This document shows positions 45,551 through 46,908 of a DNA stretch of 46,908 nucleotides, piece by piece. Source of the stretch: Gallionella sp. GTDB taxonomy: Bacteria; Pseudomonadota; Gammaproteobacteria; Burkholderiales; Gallionellaceae. The stretch lies in assembly GCA_030645775.1 (NCBI GenBank), contig JAUSLX010000166.1:1-46908 (forward strand), in the 5' to 3' direction. Position 1 is the stretch's first letter; every line of letters starts with the position of its first letter. The notes under the pieces are model-generated. The model did no database searches, was not told where the DNA came from, and saw only the letters and a program-made list of their open reading frames with translations. Both the position numbers and the translations under genes were made by a program.

Positions 45551-46908
45551 ATGTTCAAGAAAACGTATTTGAGCGCAGCGATTGCCGCGCTGTTGTGCCA
45601 TTCGTTCGCCGCATCCGCCGCGAACGACCCGGATCTGCAAGCCATCCGCGAGCAGATTCAGCAATTAAAACAAAGCTATGAGCAACGCATCACCCAGCTC
45701 GAACAGCGTTTGGCGCAGGCTGAGGCCGACAGCCGCGAAAGTGTGCCGGTTCAAGCACAAGCCACCGCACCAGCCGCAAGCAGCAGCGAAAGTGCGTTCA
45801 ACCCGGCCATCTTACTGATACTGGGCGGCACTTACGGGCAACTCTCACAAAACCCCGCCGCCCCGGCAACCGGCTTCGCCATGAGTGCCCATCCCGGCCA
45901 TCAACAGGGATTCAACCTTGGCGAATCCGAGCTGGGTATCTCTGCCAACATCGACCCTGATTTTCGCGGTGTCGCCACACTGGCGCTCGCGTCGGCAGGC
46001 GGCGTGACGGTTGAAAACGCCTTCGTGCAAACTTCCGCACTGAGCAACGGCCTCAATCTCAAGTTTGGCCGCTATTTCTCCGCTTTGGGCTACCTCAACG
46101 AGCAACATGCCCATGCCTGGGATTTTGTCGATCAACCGCTGGTTTATGCCGCACTGTGGAACAATCAACTAGGCGAAGACGGCGTACAACTCAAATGGTT
46201 GGCACCCACCGACACCTTCATCGAAATCGGCGCCGAGCTCGGACGCGGGCGCGGCTTTCCCGGCTCGGACCGCGTCAGGAACGGCGCGGGTTCCGGCGTG
46301 CTGTTCGCCCATATCGGTGATGACATCGGTATCGAACACAGCTGGCGCGTCGGCGCATCGTTGCACCGGACGCGAGCAGCGGATCGCGTCAGCGATGCGG
46401 TAGCCGATCTGCCCGGAACTGTCGGCGGCGTGAGCAATAGCTTCAGCGGCGACAGCCGGACAGCCGGCATGGATTTTGTCTGGAAATACTCGCCCGGCGG
46501 CAACAGCCGCCACCTTAAAGTTCAGGGCGAATATTTCCAGCGCCGTGAAAGCGGTCTGCTGACTTACGACACGGCATTTGCCAACATAACTGATCGCTAC
46601 ACCAGCACCCAATCCGGCTGGTATCTGCAAAGCGTTTACCAATTCATGCCGCATTGGCGCAGCGGTTTGCGCTATGACCGTCTGGCTCCGGGTACGGCCA
46701 GCGTGGGCGCGCTGAATGCGGGTAACATTATCAGCAACTACGGCTTTCAGCCCACCCGCACCAGCCTGATGCTGGACTACAGCCCCAGCGAGTTTTCGCG
46801 TCTGCGCCTGCAACTGGCAAGGGACAACTCACGACAAGGCCGGCCTGACAATCAGTTCTTCGTGCAATACATCATGAGCCTGGGCGCGCACGGTGCGCAT
46901 CAGTACTG
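45551..46908 (+). CDS. Outer-membrane beta-barrel, probable metal (Zn/Ni/Co/Cu) uptake porin or receptor; stop codon cut by window edge
   Basis: MFKKTYLSAAIAA signal peptide, coiled coil, FNPAI, GESE, YLNEQHAHAWDFVD, SEFSRLRLQ, ends QYIMSLGAHGAHQY then TG; AGGGG RBS. Confidence 0.82.
   Translation, partial: MFKKTYLSAAIAALLCHSFAASAANDPDLQAIREQIQQLKQSYEQRITQLEQRLAQAEADSRESVPVQAQATAPAASSSESAFNPAILLILGGTYGQLSQNPAAPATGFAMSAHPGHQQGFNLGESELGISANIDPDFRGVATLALASAGGVTVENAFVQTSALSNGLNLKFGRYFSALGYLNEQHAHAWDFVDQPLVYAALWNNQLGEDGVQLKWLAPTDTFIEIGAELGRGRGFPGSDRVRNGAGSGVLFAHIGDDIGIEHSWRVGASLHRTRAADRVSDAVADLPGTVGGVSNSFSGDSRTAGMDFVWKYSPGGNSRHLKVQGEYFQRRESGLLTYDTAFANITDRYTSTQSGWYLQSVYQFMPHWRSGLRYDRLAPGTASVGALNAGNIISNYGFQPTRTSLMLDYSPSEFSRLRLQLARDNSRQGRPDNQFFVQYIMSLGAHGAHQY

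Noticed and set aside
45845-46813. Minus-strand ORFs at the right end
   Set aside because: Antisense to the plus-strand outer-membrane gene starting at 45551.

Overview
Core chromosomal DNA from a betaproteobacterium; gene content and order suggest Nitrosomonadales, possibly Gallionellaceae (inference). Housekeeping genes: aspS (partial), DUF502, FmdB-like, rhlE, AsmA-like, rluE, monomeric icd, csp, clpS-clpA, gluQ, glmM-folP-ftsH-rlmE, yhbY, greA-carB-carA, a P-type ATPase, sppA, a HAD phosphatase, frameshifted rlmM, djlA, tpm, purL, nnrD, a spermidine-synthase-like MTase, a SIMPL protein and a probable metal-uptake outer-membrane protein cut by the right edge. Accessory parts: (i) a stand-alone 958-aa protein fusing a peptidoglycan-binding domain, a GH19 lysozyme/chitinase, a papain-like C1 protease and an alpha/beta-hydrolase; (ii) an orphan PD-(D/E)XK-like nuclease gene behind a ~220-bp structured repeat; (iii) an AT-richer ~3.7-kb islet bounded by REPs, carrying envelope proteins, two XRE regulators and ParDE; (iv) a CxxC plus RAPP arrest-peptide-like uORF ahead of the outer-membrane gene. 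The window also holds several families of small repeats: heptamer hairpin arrays, GTAG REPs, a two-copy MITE-like element, a CCCTCTCCC-type REP and a nested ACCGCAAGGG element. They often sit on stop codons, nest in each other, and have entered carA and purL in frame. No rRNA, tRNA, CRISPR array, integrase or transposase was seen. All calls are by eye from motifs; no searches were run.
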